Origin: a virus
Taxonomy: Duplodnaviria > Caudoviricetes
Length of the DNA: 64,000 nt
Direction: 5' to 3' (one strand)
Virus record (IMG/VR): IMGVR_UViG_3300025073_000989
Part shown: positions 1 to 9,458 of the stretch, piece by piece
Numbering within the stretch: position 1 is the stretch's first letter
Layout of the letters: each line of letters begins with the position of its first letter
Made by a program: the position numbers and the translations under genes
The notes under the pieces: model-generated
What the model saw: only the letters and a program-made list of their open reading frames with translations
Told to the model about the DNA's origin: nothing
Databases searched by the model: none

Positions 1-1055
1 ATGGTGACTAATTGTACTTCGTCAACAATGAATATATCATCCTCTAGTATGCTCAGCCCCTGTATAGCGTTTATCTGTATAGGCTCAAATTTATCTTTGA
101 ATATCTTTTCTTTTACATAATCATAGGCTACAAAACCCTCTTTGTTAGAGCTTTGATTTTTTGTATTAGCGTATATGTAATATAAACTAGATATAAATCC
201 AGCTAACCATGCTTCCATCTTATCTTCTATAAACCCAGGTAAAAACCCTATATCATATTTTGAGCTTATTCCTACCGGAGGTCTGGTTATAAACACTTTA
301 TTTGATGAGGCATTAAGTGCATAGGCTGTGGCTAGAATACTTTTACCAGATCCCCATTTACCGGTAAGTATAGTACATGGGGCATTTTTAAAAGCGTATA
401 TGGCACATACTTGGTAAGGGTCACTTGCTTTTATATTTTTTCCTTCTGTTTTTAAGTTGCGATATTGAGGTAAGTTATCTATCCTATGTATTTTATGCTC
501 TATTGGATTAGTTGCATACACATAACGTATGTTGTTATTTTCCTCAAATAAAATAAATTTCCAATAATTAGTATTGATTTCTTTGTCGTTGATGATTATT
601 ATATCACTATACTCTTGATTAAATGAAAAGTTAGCTAGGTCACTATTTATTTGGATCGTTATATATGGGTTGTGTATACCATTAGCTACAGGACCGTACA
701 AAACGGTTGGTACATTTTTTGTTTCGGCAATGATAGACATAGATATGTCTTTTGTGGCCAACTCAGCGTTATTATCTACAGCGGATTGAATTATTCTTAA
801 ATCGTTGGAGTCTATGTCTAGTTCATGTGGACCTACTGATAGAATTAGTTTATCTGGATACAGATGTTTGAATTGTAGTATTTCATTAATAGCACTTCTT
901 GCGCTATAAGATAGATCTGGTTTTAATTTTAATTTATCTAATTCTTTTAATACTGTAATTGGTATTATTATTTTATCATAGCTGTTTGAGAGTTTAAATA
1001 TTATTTTTGAATCGTCTAGTAATAAGTTTGTATCTATTATTATAGATTTAATCAT
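1..1055 (-). CDS. phoH: PIN-domain + PhoH-like ATPase (3' end runs off the window)
   Basis: Manual translation from ATG at 1055: MIKSIIIDTNLLLDD...IIIPITVLKELDKLK (PIN), Walker A GKWGSGKS, and GLSILEDDIFIVDEVQ at the window edge; absent from ORF track because incomplete. Confidence 0.88.
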   Translation of the reverse strand, partial: MIKSIIIDTNLLLDDSKIIFKLSNSYDKIIIPITVLKELDKLKLKPDLSYSARSAINEILQFKHLYPDKLILSVGPHELDIDSNDLRIIQSAVDNNAELATKDISMSIIAETKNVPTVLYGPVANGIHNPYITIQINSDLANFSFNQEYSDIIIINDKEINTNYWKFILFEENNNIRYVYATNPIEHKIHRIDNLPQYRNLKTEGKNIKASDPYQVCAIYAFKNAPCTILTGKWGSGKSILATAYALNASSNKVFITRPPVGISSKYDIGFLPGFIEDKMEAWLAGFISSLYYIYANTKNQSSNKEGFVAYDYVKEKIFKDKFEPIQINAIQGLSILEDDIFIVDEVQLVT

Positions 1056-1145
1056 CCATTATCTCCTGTAGTTATTATTAACTGTAAACACTACTAATGA
1101 TATAATTACTTTAAATCTTTATATTTTTTTATAAATAATACCTCC

Positions 1146-1718
1146 TTATTTTAAATTAATATAAGTATATTCTACCATAAAAGTAAGAACTTCCAATAAT
1201 GCAATATGTAATTCAGTTAAATCTCTGTCCAGATTATTTAGAAGGTACTTAGTTTCATTTAAATAATATTTTATAAAACTATTTGGTATTTTTGGGCTAT
1301 TTAGTCCTATTATATTATGTAATCTATCTGCTAGTTTTATAATAAAAGCTTCATTACTCATGCTGTTTACATGTTGTACTGTATAATTACGTTTACCAAG
1401 TAATTGTATTTGTTTTTCATCATCAGTGAGTTCTTCTACCATCAAACCTATTCTGTCACCAAAAATTTCGTATATTTCTTGTATAGTGGCGTTTGTATCC
1501 TCTACTACGTCATGTAACATACTTGCTGCTAGTATACTTGTATCGTTTATATACATAGACACAATACCTACTACTTGTTCAGGATGATTTATATAAGGTT
1601 CATCTGTAAATTTTCTAAATTGGTTTTTATGCTTCAACATAGCAAACCGATGTGCCTTTTTAATATCTACTGGTATTATATTTGGGCCTATTTCCATATC
1701 GCTTACCTCTAAAATCAT
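1146..1718 (-). CDS. HD-domain protein, RelA/SpoT hydrolase (Mesh1/SAH)-like
   Basis: PYINHP, ASMLHDVVEDT and IKLADRLHN motifs; stand-alone, no synthetase domain. Confidence 0.85.
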   Translation of the reverse strand: MILEVSDMEIGPNIIPVDIKKAHRFAMLKHKNQFRKFTDEPYINHPEQVVGIVSMYINDTSILAASMLHDVVEDTNATIQEIYEIFGDRIGLMVEELTDDEKQIQLLGKRNYTVQHVNSMSNEAFIIKLADRLHNIIGLNSPKIPNSFIKYYLNETKYLLNNLDRDLTELHIALLEVLTFMVEYTYINLK

Positions 1719-1748
1719 TTATAAATTACCCCCATACTTATACAATAG

Positions 1749-1931
1749 TTACTTAAATATAAATACCAAATATTTAATGATTTCTTTTAAAGTTGTGCCT
1801 TTTTTGCAGTTCTGGGCTAATATTTCGGTTTTTTCTTTATATATATTTGTTCTATAAAGGCTCATAATAATAAGTAACAGAAAAAACAAAAGTGCATATG
1901 AAAAAGTATTTACGGTAATAATTTCAAGCAT
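1749..1931 (-). CDS. small membrane protein
   Basis: One N-terminal hydrophobic helix; in the minus-strand gene run. Confidence 0.55.
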   Translation of the reverse strand: MLEIITVNTFSYALLFFLLLIIMSLYRTNIYKEKTEILAQNCKKGTTLKEIIKYLVFIFK

Positions 1932-1973
1932 GTGATTATTTCCTACCTTATTAATAGATTAATTTATATAAAA

Positions 1974-2243
1974 TCAAGTTCCCTTATCTGATTGTGTTTG
2001 TAAATTTTTTTGTATATTTTCTTTTATTTGTTTGTTAACCTCTATACTTCTTTCTTTATATTTATTAGAAAAATTATCCATAAAATTTTCATCCTTTTCA
2101 GATAACAAAGATAAACAAGCATCTAATGCTATCTCAGTACTCATAACTCTCTGTACTAACATATTAACATGTTGCGCTAGTTCTTTAATTATTCTTTCGT
2201 TATCATTGCCTACTTCTATTGGTTCATGTATTTCTTTTTTCAT
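1974..2243 (-). CDS. hypothetical protein (coiled-coil-like)
   Basis: ORF in minus-strand gene run. Confidence 0.65.
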   Translation of the reverse strand: MKKEIHEPIEVGNDNERIIKELAQHVNMLVQRVMSTEIALDACLSLLSEKDENFMDNFSNKYKERSIEVNKQIKENIQKNLQTQSDKGT

Positions 2244-2265
2244 ATTGTTTCCTTTTGTATAAATT

Positions 2266-2514
2266 TTAGTTTTCTCTAGATACTAGTTCAATATTAATCG
2301 AGGCCATTAGTGGTTTGGAGTATAAATCACATGTCTCTTTACCACCATTATAAACTATGTGTTCTCCTATCATAAAATTTCTCCTAGCTTTACCATCTCT
2401 TAGCTCATAAGGATAGGTATTACCGTTAAATATTTTACCATCGTGGTGAACATATATCCAATCTCCTTGTTTAATTTCATTAGCTACTGTGTACACTTCT
2501 TCATGCTTTTTCAT
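2266..2514 (-). CDS. hypothetical protein
   Basis: ORF in minus-strand gene run. Confidence 0.65.
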   Translation of the reverse strand: MKKHEEVYTVANEIKQGDWIYVHHDGKIFNGNTYPYELRDGKARRNFMIGEHIVYNGGKETCDLYSKPLMASINIELVSREN

Positions 2515-2536
2515 AATTAATTTCTCCTAAATAAAT

Positions 2537-2872
2537 TTATTGTATATCGTCTCCAGATATTAATCCTTTATCTATTAAGGTTTTGATTACGGTTACCATG
2601 TTTTCATATAAAACATCCATACTTTTAATGTAGTCGTTTATAAATACTAATTTATCTTTTTCTAACACTATTAGTTTTTCTAAATTATCAGTAGTAACTT
2701 TTTGTATATTTATTAACATGTTTATGTCATTTCTAAGTTTTTCTTCCATGTTTATTACATATGAAGCCATACCACTATTATCTTTTCCAATACCAACAAT
2801 TAAATTATTTAATTGATTTATGTCCTGTTCTAATTTATTTATTTTTTTATTTTTAAACATTACAAACCTCAC
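2537..2872 (-). CDS. hypothetical coiled-coil protein
   Basis: Heptad-like composition; 4-bp overlap with upstream ORF. Confidence 0.65.
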   Translation of the reverse strand: MRFVMFKNKKINKLEQDINQLNNLIVGIGKDNSGMASYVINMEEKLRNDINMLINIQKVTTDNLEKLIVLEKDKLVFINDYIKSMDVLYENMVTVIKTLIDKGLISGDDIQ

Positions 2873-3063
2873 TTATTTCTAATCATAGTATATTTCTTTA
2901 GATATTTATTGTTATTTTCTTTTTTATCTATTTTAATCTTTTTTCCAGGAATGTCTTTAAAATTTATATGACTATGGTCTTCTAATATACTAGAATAAAT
3001 TTCCTCAGCAGTAGGTCCGGAAGTTTCTTCTATTAAATCATTAATATTACTGTTGTTTTCCAT
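2869..3063 (-). CDS. hypothetical protein
   Basis: Overlaps both neighbours as in a coupled operon. Confidence 0.6.
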   Translation of the reverse strand: MENNSNINDLIEETSGPTAEEIYSSILEDHSHINFKDIPGKKIKIDKKENNNKYLKKYTMIRNK

Positions 3064-3259
3064 ATATTATTTTCCCTCCAATAGTTATAGTGTCCACAAC
3101 AACACAATCACACTTATCGCCTCTACATTTTCTCTTTTTTCTCACTATTCCAGGTCTTGGTTTGTCTTCACTACAGACTCTAGGTTTACCTGATTCTTTT
3201 ATACTAATTAAATTGTCTATAATTAGGTGTAATTTATTTATATTCATTTTTATATTCAT
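3047..3259 (-). CDS. hypothetical protein
   Basis: ORF in minus-strand gene run. Confidence 0.55.
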   Translation of the reverse strand: MNIKMNINKLHLIIDNLISIKESGKPRVCSEDKPRPGIVRKKRKCRGDKCDCVVVDTITIGGKIIYGKQQ

Positions 3260-3348
3260 TTAAGGTTTTTTTATTTTTTTCCGCGCGCAGGGTAAAGCAA
3301 AGCAGTTAGCATTCAGTTTTTACTAGTAACTACTGTTTACTTTTGTGT

Positions 3349-3600
3349 TTATGTATTTAAATTTATAGCTTTTTTATAACCATTCCAATAACCAAACAAG
3401 TAGTCTACGGAAAATGTTTTATTACAACCACTACAATAAACTAGTTTGATATTATCTGATTGATCTAGTTCTTCTAGATTATAACTTAGTCCATCCAATG
3501 TACGTATTACTTGTTTTGAATATTTTTTATCAAAAACTTTACAATTACAGAATGGACATAAATCAAATCTATTTAGTGTTCTACCATAGTGATTCATCAT
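3349..3600 (-). CDS. zinc-ribbon protein
   Basis: CPFC...CSGC pairs. Confidence 0.65.
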   Translation of the reverse strand: MMNHYGRTLNRFDLCPFCNCKVFDKKYSKQVIRTLDGLSYNLEELDQSDNIKLVYCSGCNKTFSVDYLFGYWNGYKKAINLNT

Positions 3601-3612
3601 ATACCTCTAACT

Positions 3613-3891
3613 TTAAAATACTAGACTTTTATCTGTTACTAGGAAATCGTTGCTTTTAATTGTACTACTAAGATCTGTAGTTACTTCTAGCTCCATATCT
3701 TTTGGTAAACCTTCCATAGTAGTATAGTAACTACTATCCTCTACTATTCTAAATATAGAACTAATAGGATACTTATATATTATATTATTATCTACGTTTA
3801 TACATAAAAAACCATCTCTTACAAAGGTACTTTCACAAATATGCTCTATAGAATTAGTTGAATCCTTTAGTTGTATATTTATTCTACTCAT
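3613..3891 (-). CDS. hypothetical protein
   Basis: ORF in minus-strand gene run. Confidence 0.6.
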   Translation of the reverse strand: MSRINIQLKDSTNSIEHICESTFVRDGFLCINVDNNIIYKYPISSIFRIVEDSSYYTTMEGLPKDMELEVTTDLSSTIKSNDFLVTDKSLVF

Positions 3892-4144
3892 CCTTTTCCT
3901 CCTTGTTTATTCTACCCATTAGTTCTAAGTTTAGTATAACAAACCAACCTTTTTTAAATAAATCTAACATCTCTTCTGTTACAACATCATTAGGTTCTAT
4001 ATTAGTTAGTAAACTAGCGCCGTTTACATACAACTCAGACAGTTCTTCATAACTCATGTTATTAAGTTCTATCTGAAGACATCTGTCACAATATTCATCA
4101 TTGGCCGGGTTGTTGTTATAGCAGTTTGGGTTTGTACACTTCAT
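3884..4144 (-). CDS. Cys-rich paralog family A
   Basis: C-x4-C...YC-x2-CL pattern shared with 4342-4614, 4607-4888, 4928-5152. Confidence 0.7.
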   Translation of the reverse strand: MKCTNPNCYNNNPANDEYCDRCLQIELNNMSYEELSELYVNGASLLTNIEPNDVVTEEMLDLFKKGWFVILNLELMGRINKEEKDE

Positions 4145-4341
4145 TTGGATACCTTTATTTTTATGTCGGATTCAGCAATTACAGAGTTTTTGTTTTTAGT
4201 ATTAAAACTTATTAGTATAGGACACGTCATAGGACTACATCTATTTAAATTATAGCAATTGGTTGGTTCTTCACATAAATATGAAATTGATCTATATCTA
4301 CAAAGTGTTCTTAAATCATAGAAAGATAGTTCTATTTTCAT
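4141..4341 (-). CDS. small Cys-rich hypothetical protein
   Basis: Abuts both neighbours. Confidence 0.55.
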   Translation of the reverse strand: MKIELSFYDLRTLCRYRSISYLCEEPTNCYNLNRCSPMTCPILISFNTKNKNSVIAESDIKIKVSK

Positions 4342-4614
4342 TTATACTCCTTTATCAAGCATTACTTGGTTTAATATATCAAACCATTTTTTTCTACACT
4401 TAATTAGATTTTTCTTATTGTTAGGAGTTAACAGCCCGTGGGCTTCCCCATCCTCTATGGCGCGATTTATGTTTTCTAATCCAGAAATAAATATATCATA
4501 TAAATCATTACAATTCATTTCTTTTACTAATTCAGCTAAACATTTTTCACAAAAAATAGAAGCTGAATTGTCATAATTATAACATTCTGGGTCATTACAT
4601 TTTTTTCTACTCAT
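4342..4614 (-). CDS. Cys-rich paralog family A
   Basis: CNDPEC...FCEKCL...DLYDIF. Confidence 0.7.
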   Translation of the reverse strand: MSRKKCNDPECYNYDNSASIFCEKCLAELVKEMNCNDLYDIFISGLENINRAIEDGEAHGLLTPNNKKNLIKCRKKWFDILNQVMLDKGV

Positions 4615-4888
4615 TGCTTTCTTCCAGTTGTTTTATTAGTATTAGTTCGTTATAGCACTCAAAAATTATATCCTTTATATCGTCTATACGAACTCCTTTA
4701 AGTACAAAGTTACTTCCTTTCTTTTTTATCAAATCATCTATACTGTCCGACAAATTAGCATATAAAGTATATATATCTTCTATACTTAAAACAGGAAAGT
4801 TAATTATTAAACAATCAGGACAGTACATAAAAGCTTTGTCGTTATTGGTTTTACATGCTTTGATATTACAACTCATATTGTACTCCAT
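4607..4888 (-). CDS. Cys-rich paralog family A
   Basis: CNIKAC...YCPDCL...EDIYTLY. Confidence 0.7.
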   Translation of the reverse strand: MEYNMSCNIKACKTNNDKAFMYCPDCLIINFPVLSIEDIYTLYANLSDSIDDLIKKKGSNFVLKGVRIDDIKDIIFECYNELILIKQLEESNE

Positions 4889-4927
4889 TATTTTTATAAA
4901 CTAGTTTAAAGTAAAACTAATTATTGT

Positions 4928-5152
4928 TTAATTATCTAGGAGAGTTTTCTTAACCAATAACAATTCATTGAAGACATCAAAGAAAGAATCACTGTGTTCT
5001 CCGGATACGTCTCGTTCTTTAAGATATACAAACATCTCGTATAGGTCATTCTCCGTTAGTTTACACTAATGTTTAACTAAACAGTTAGAACAGTATATAG
5101 GTAAAGTCGGGTCTACTGTCTTACATTTTTCACCAAAGCATTTATATTCCAT
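4928..5152 (-). pseudogene. Cys-rich paralog family A member with one in-frame TAG
   Basis: MEYKCFGEKC...YCSNCLVKH*CKLTENDLYEMF...; TAG at 5068-5066, frame otherwise open for 75 codons. Confidence 0.7.
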
Positions 5153-5243
5153 TTTTTATCTCCTTTTTATTAGTTTACTTATATAATAATCATTTATTTT
5201 CAAATAATCAAGTTTTATTTTTATATTAGTTTGAATTATTTAT

Positions 5244-5335
5244 TAGTTTACGGTGGTTACTAGTTTACGGTGGTTACTAGTTTACGGTGGTTACTAGTTT
5301 ACGGTGGTTACTAGTTTACGGTGGTTACTAGTTTA
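5244..5335. repeat. 17-bp tandem repeat TAGTTTACGGTGGTTAC x5 plus partial
   Basis: Five exact units at 5244, 5261, 5278, 5295, 5312; degenerate copy at about 5363-5379; lies in the divergent intergenic region. Confidence 0.95.
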
Positions 5336-5462
5336 TAATACTATTACTATTATTATATAGGTTAGTTTATCGTGGTTGAACAGATTAATCAGCACCAAAA
5401 TTTTTTATTCTCGTCCTACTATCGTGGTCCAAGCTTAATTTTCATGGTGATTTATTGCATTA

Positions 5463-5481
5463 GGGAGCCTTCGGCTTTCCC
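5463..5481 (+). other. C(UUCG)G-capped hairpin
   Basis: gggagccttcggctttccc; no immediate U tract, so function unclear. Confidence 0.4.
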
Positions 5482-5597
5482 CGTGTGTTGATTTATACTT
5501 TTTTATTTTATAGCCCCGGCCTATGCAGCTTTTACATTTTTTACCAGAGCACTGAGGCAATAAAGCCTAAATAATACTTAACGTAGGGAGGTGTATT

Positions 5598-5780
5598 ATG
5601 GAGATATCCAAAGAAAATGAGTACGAGGCTACTACTTGCCCACATTGTGGACAGGTGCGCGTTTTGGACATAGTGGCAGAAGAAGATGGTAGAATAACAG
5701 CTGTCATAGAAAGCTGTAAGAAATGTAACACTGCTCGTTTCCTGAAAGCCCCAGGCCGTGTATGGGCGGCTATGGGATAA
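5598..5780 (+). CDS. small zinc-ribbon protein
   Basis: GGAGG RBS; CPHC...CKKC. Confidence 0.75.
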   Translation: MEISKENEYEATTCPHCGQVRVLDIVAEEDGRITAVIESCKKCNTARFLKAPGRVWAAMG

Positions 5781-5808
5781 ACCTTAATCTTAACTTGGAG
5801 GAAAGACA

Positions 5809-6123
5809 ATGATAATACGCAATAAGACTAAAAGAGACCTTCGTAATGTTACTATCGGTGTACTGCTTTGTGTTATATCTGCTATCATTATGTTTGGTGG
5901 TTATGTATTTTATATTAACACCGGAGTGAACGGTAGGGCCACAGAAATCGAGGTCCATTATGAAAACATACACCAGGTAAAAGTGCTGACCAAAACAACC
6001 GGCAATGAGATATTGGTCATCTTCAACGATAAGGTACATTGTACCTGGCTGCCTGGAGATACTGCCAACAAAGGAGATGTACACATCTTCTCTATTGACG
6101 GTAATACCACTGAAGAAAATTAA
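5809..6123 (+). CDS. membrane-anchored hypothetical protein
   Basis: GGAGG RBS; N-terminal TM helix. Confidence 0.7.
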   Translation: MIIRNKTKRDLRNVTIGVLLCVISAIIMFGGYVFYINTGVNGRATEIEVHYENIHQVKVLTKTTGNEILVIFNDKVHCTWLPGDTANKGDVHIFSIDGNTTEEN

Positions 6124-6144
6124 CCCTTTACTGGAGGAATTGTT

Positions 6145-6267
6145 ATGTGGAAAGTACTGCGTTGGTTGTTTGTAATGTGGATACTGTTTTGTATTTTGGC
6201 AATGCTTCCTGGCTGGGGCCTGCTGTTGCTTTTGGCTGGATTGTTTTATGGACTATGGCAAGAGTAG
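6145..6267 (+). CDS. small membrane peptide (40 aa)
   Basis: GGAGG RBS; MWKVLRWLFVMWILFCILAMLPGWGLLLL...; below ORF-track cutoff. Confidence 0.55.
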   Translation: MWKVLRWLFVMWILFCILAMLPGWGLLLLLAGLFYGLWQE

Positions 6268-6332
6268 GACCGCAACAGCTGTTGGTAGATTCGAAACAGG
6301 AATTAATAATTGGGTTAAAGGAGGAACGTGAA

Positions 6333-6533
6333 ATGAATAAATGTGAGTTACTACCAATACACAATGGCATCTTGAGTCTGGACGTAATGGGGTGCCTGTT
6401 TGACCTGTATTGTAAAAACTGTACTGGAGAGAACTGTCCTCTGGTTGTAGTACACAACCAAGAAGCAGACAAGTATCTCTTTGCTTCTTATGGTATTCCT
6501 AATAAAGGGGACCATGTATTACCGTTAAACTGA
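6333..6533 (+). CDS. small Cys-containing protein (MNKCELL...)
   Basis: AAGGAGG RBS before ATG 6333; 3' part of track ORF 6147-6533. Confidence 0.6.
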   Translation: MNKCELLPIHNGILSLDVMGCLFDLYCKNCTGENCPLVVVHNQEADKYLFASYGIPNKGDHVLPLN

Positions 6534-6772
6534 GGCGGGAATCAACTCCTAACTCATAGCCGCCCGGATGGGCAAAGGAGGGCTCGATGTTACAGGAAGC
6601 CTCGGGCTTAGAGGCTAAGGCTTTAAACAACAACCACAACTCAGCAAAGGCTGATGCCGCTATGCTGCCAGCCAGTAACGTGCTGGCACCCGCCGTGAAG
6701 CGCCGTTTTTACTTCTATAGGACCGGCATATGAGATATATTTCTACAACAAACTTAACAAAGGAGCCCAACA

Positions 6773-7312
6773 ATGAAAAACTGTAATCTTTTATACGATG
6801 TAATCGCTGCTCATCTCTTATGGCTGGAAACAAGCGGTATTTCAGGGAAAAGGGCCGACCTTAAAGGGGCCGATCTTAGATGGGCCAATCTTAGAGAGGC
6901 CAACCTTAGAAAGGCCAATCTTAGAGAGGCCAACCTTAGAAAGGCCAATCTTAGAGAGGCCGATCTAGAAGGGGCCGATCTGAAAAGGGCCAATCTAGAA
7001 GGGGCCGATCTTAGATGGGCCAATCTTAGAGAGGCCAATCTTAGAGAGGCCAACCTTAGAAAGGCCAACCTTGTAGGGGCCAACCTGGACTTCTCTTCAG
7101 GAATTCCATTTCACTGCGGAGGTACAGTGGCTAAGGGCGATGACTGCCTGTTCGCCCAAATACTGTACCACTTGACCAGACAGGACTGGTCAAACTGTTC
7201 TAAAGAAGTTCTGGAAGCTATCAAAATCATTAACAACATTAGATCGGCCAGCGGCGATAAGATAGTTGACCTGTTCTGTAAGTACAGGAAAGACGTAAAA
7301 ATACTTAATTAG
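6773..7312 (+). CDS. pentapeptide repeat protein, copy 1 (16 repeats)
   Basis: A[DN]Lxx repeats; AAGGAG RBS. Confidence 0.92.
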   Translation: MKNCNLLYDVIAAHLLWLETSGISGKRADLKGADLRWANLREANLRKANLREANLRKANLREADLEGADLKRANLEGADLRWANLREANLREANLRKANLVGANLDFSSGIPFHCGGTVAKGDDCLFAQILYHLTRQDWSNCSKEVLEAIKIINNIRSASGDKIVDLFCKYRKDVKILN

Positions 7313-7322
7313 GAGAATACTG

Positions 7323-7622
7323 ATGAGTAAAGAACACAGTATAGCCCTTGTAGGCATAGTTGTAATTAATCCGGAGGCTGTCTTGTCAAAAACAACTGTA
7401 GCAACTTCGCAAACAGCGTCCAAGGTTAGTTACTTCAGTACCGTTAATGGTAAGATAACCGTTAAGATACAAAAAGACGGTTCTGTTTTTATGTCAACCA
7501 ATAAAGGTAAATATACTCTTAAAAAACATCCAACCTTGAACATATGGACTGGTGTGTGTAAGAGCACCAAAGTCCACGTTTCTCTCAAGAAGATTGTCGG
7601 AAAAATTATATACTGGAAATAA
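7323..7622 (+). CDS. hypothetical protein
   Basis: AGGAG RBS. Confidence 0.7.
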   Translation: MSKEHSIALVGIVVINPEAVLSKTTVATSQTASKVSYFSTVNGKITVKIQKDGSVFMSTNKGKYTLKKHPTLNIWTGVCKSTKVHVSLKKIVGKIIYWK

Positions 7623-7647
7623 CAAACGACTGTTATAAGGAGGAAGT

Positions 7648-7971
7648 ATGATAACTAGAATCACTGTAAATGACAAACCACTTCAAGAGGTGCTTGATTT
7701 TGCCCACGGCGGCGAAATAAGTGACGCACTAAAGTGCGAGGTTAAGGAAAAAGCACTTATAGTAAAATTCAGTAGAAGTGTCAAGCCTCCTACGCGCACT
7801 TATCGAAAGCCGAGAAGAGGTAAGGTTATTTTACGTAACGATATCAAAGAGGAAAGGAATCGCATACTGCTGCTGCGTAGTATGTCTATGCATATAGTTA
7901 ATCTTGGCAGTGGTAAAATACTTGTTGTCAAGATCGGAAAAAGGGTATTTATAAAAACAATAAAGAATTAA
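7648..7971 (+). CDS. hypothetical basic protein
   Basis: AAGGAGG RBS. Confidence 0.7.
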   Translation: MITRITVNDKPLQEVLDFAHGGEISDALKCEVKEKALIVKFSRSVKPPTRTYRKPRRGKVILRNDIKEERNRILLLRSMSMHIVNLGSGKILVVKIGKRVFIKTIKN

Positions 7972-7984
7972 AAGGAGACAAGTT

Positions 7985-8338
7985 ATGAAGGCAGCTAAAG
8001 ACCCCTCACTAGTTTAGCCTAAGTGTTACATTCGTACAGCCGATAACACTATATTGGGAGGTATAATCTACAAAGATTACAAAACTGCCGTAGAAGCTTA
8101 CCAAATAGTCAACAACTCGTCATACAAAATAGTTGAAGGCTGTTGTAACCCGCGTACTGATTGTACCGTTATTACTGAAAACATTGTGTCGCACTTTTCA
8201 GCCTGGAAGGCAGCACTAGGTATAGCCTATAACGCAGCCTACGTAAATGATATTGATATAAACAATAAAGCTTACTGGGACCACGAAATAAAGGCTCTTG
8301 AGAAGATATATTGTGCTGCTTGTAGGCTCGGCTTCTAG
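7985..8338 (+). pseudogene. hypothetical protein with one in-frame TAG (8015-8017)
   Basis: AAGGAG + ATG at 7985 is in frame with track ORF 8054-8338, separated by a single TAG. Confidence 0.6.
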
Positions 8339-8386
8339 AACAAAAAAATCAAGGTGATATAGTCTATCAATAATAGGAGCAATATT

Positions 8387-8587
8387 ATGACAAAATCAAT
8401 AGGCAGATTTAATTACGATATTAAGTACCCAAAAAGAGGAGGCGGCTTCCGTATTATCAAAAGAGGTAAGTGGTATATTAACCAATGTACTCCTGTTGGA
8501 GAGGACGCCGAGCTTTATGAGTGTATGCCTTACGGTGGAAGAAGGCTGTTAGACATAAGCAGAATGATCGAGCTAACAGAAAAGTAA
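8387..8587 (+). CDS. hypothetical protein
   Basis: AGGAG RBS. Confidence 0.65.
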   Translation: MTKSIGRFNYDIKYPKRGGGFRIIKRGKWYINQCTPVGEDAELYECMPYGGRRLLDISRMIELTEK

Positions 8588-8760
8588 CAAGGAGGGGTTT
8601 TATACAAAGTCGCTGTTTGTAGTGATTGTGGCGGACAATTAGCCATCGTATACTGGAAAAATACAGAAACAGGTAAGATAGAACCTAACTATGGGACTTG
8701 CTTAGTTTGCTTAAAATGTTTTCCAGTGCAATAAACAAAAAATAACAAGGAGATGAATTT

Positions 8761-9021
8761 ATGTTCTGCCCAAATTGTACAGAACCTATGAGAATAGTTA
8801 ACCACAAATTTATATGCAGCAATTGTGGTTTTTCAGAAGAAATTACAGCAACAGCGTCTTCCTGCGTAATTTGTGGCAGAGAAAAGCTAAATGAGCTACT
8901 TGTTGACTTATTCTTCTTAGAGAACTCGCTTGGTCCAGAATACATTACACGTTTTGATAGGGCCTTTATAAAACAAAAAGTACTTGAAAGATGCCCCGAT
9001 TGTATCAGAGCAAATATATAA
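8761..9021 (+). CDS. zinc-ribbon protein
   Basis: CPNC...CSNC...CVIC...CPDC; AAGGAG RBS. Confidence 0.7.
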   Translation: MFCPNCTEPMRIVNHKFICSNCGFSEEITATASSCVICGREKLNELLVDLFFLENSLGPEYITRFDRAFIKQKVLERCPDCIRANI

Positions 9022-9235
9022 AGTAAGCGTCAGGAGATGTCTTACCAAACATGGCAGAGCTCGTTTTATAGAGCGAATAGGTTATATGTCAGATAAGGAA
9101 ATGCTATCTGTAGCCACAATTGGCCTCGTTGGTTACAATTTTATTTGGGCCGCCGACTCGAAAGATAAGCGGTGTTTAAGGTTGGTCACGTTAGTACCTG
9201 TAGACACCTGTCGCAATGAGGCAGAGCAGTTCTAA
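8984..9235 (+). CDS. hypothetical protein
   Basis: Overlaps upstream ORF. Confidence 0.5.
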   Translation: MKDAPIVSEQIYKVSVRRCLTKHGRARFIERIGYMSDKEMLSVATIGLVGYNFIWAADSKDKRCLRLVTLVPVDTCRNEAEQF

Positions 9236-9417
9236 ATGGACCGCTCTATGATTTAATATCCTGGTTTTCTTCTTTTGCTAGACCAAAAAGTATAGACAAA
9301 AGAGCTTATAAAACTATACAGCAGTAATTTTGCTGCGCAGCTTTACACCCGGCTAAATTTTTCAATTTAACATGGCCCCGACGGGCTTCGCCCGCCGCTC
9401 CTCCGGTGGCCCGCTCC

Positions 9418-9458
9418 CGGCATACTACTTGCTAGAACACAAAGCAAGTAGTATGCCG
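9418..9458. repeat. perfect 16-bp inverted repeat in GC-rich intergenic DNA
   Basis: cggcatactacttgct / agcaagtagtatgccg around a 9-nt loop. Confidence 0.9.

Noticed and set aside
6147-6533. Single 128-aa gene as given in the ORF track
   Set aside because: Better explained by two RBS-preceded genes (6145-6267 in another frame and 6333-6533)
6560-6660. c-di-GMP-I riboswitch (GGCAAA...GCCTC similarity)
   Set aside because: Required GAAA tetraloop/receptor spacing and P1 pairing could not be built
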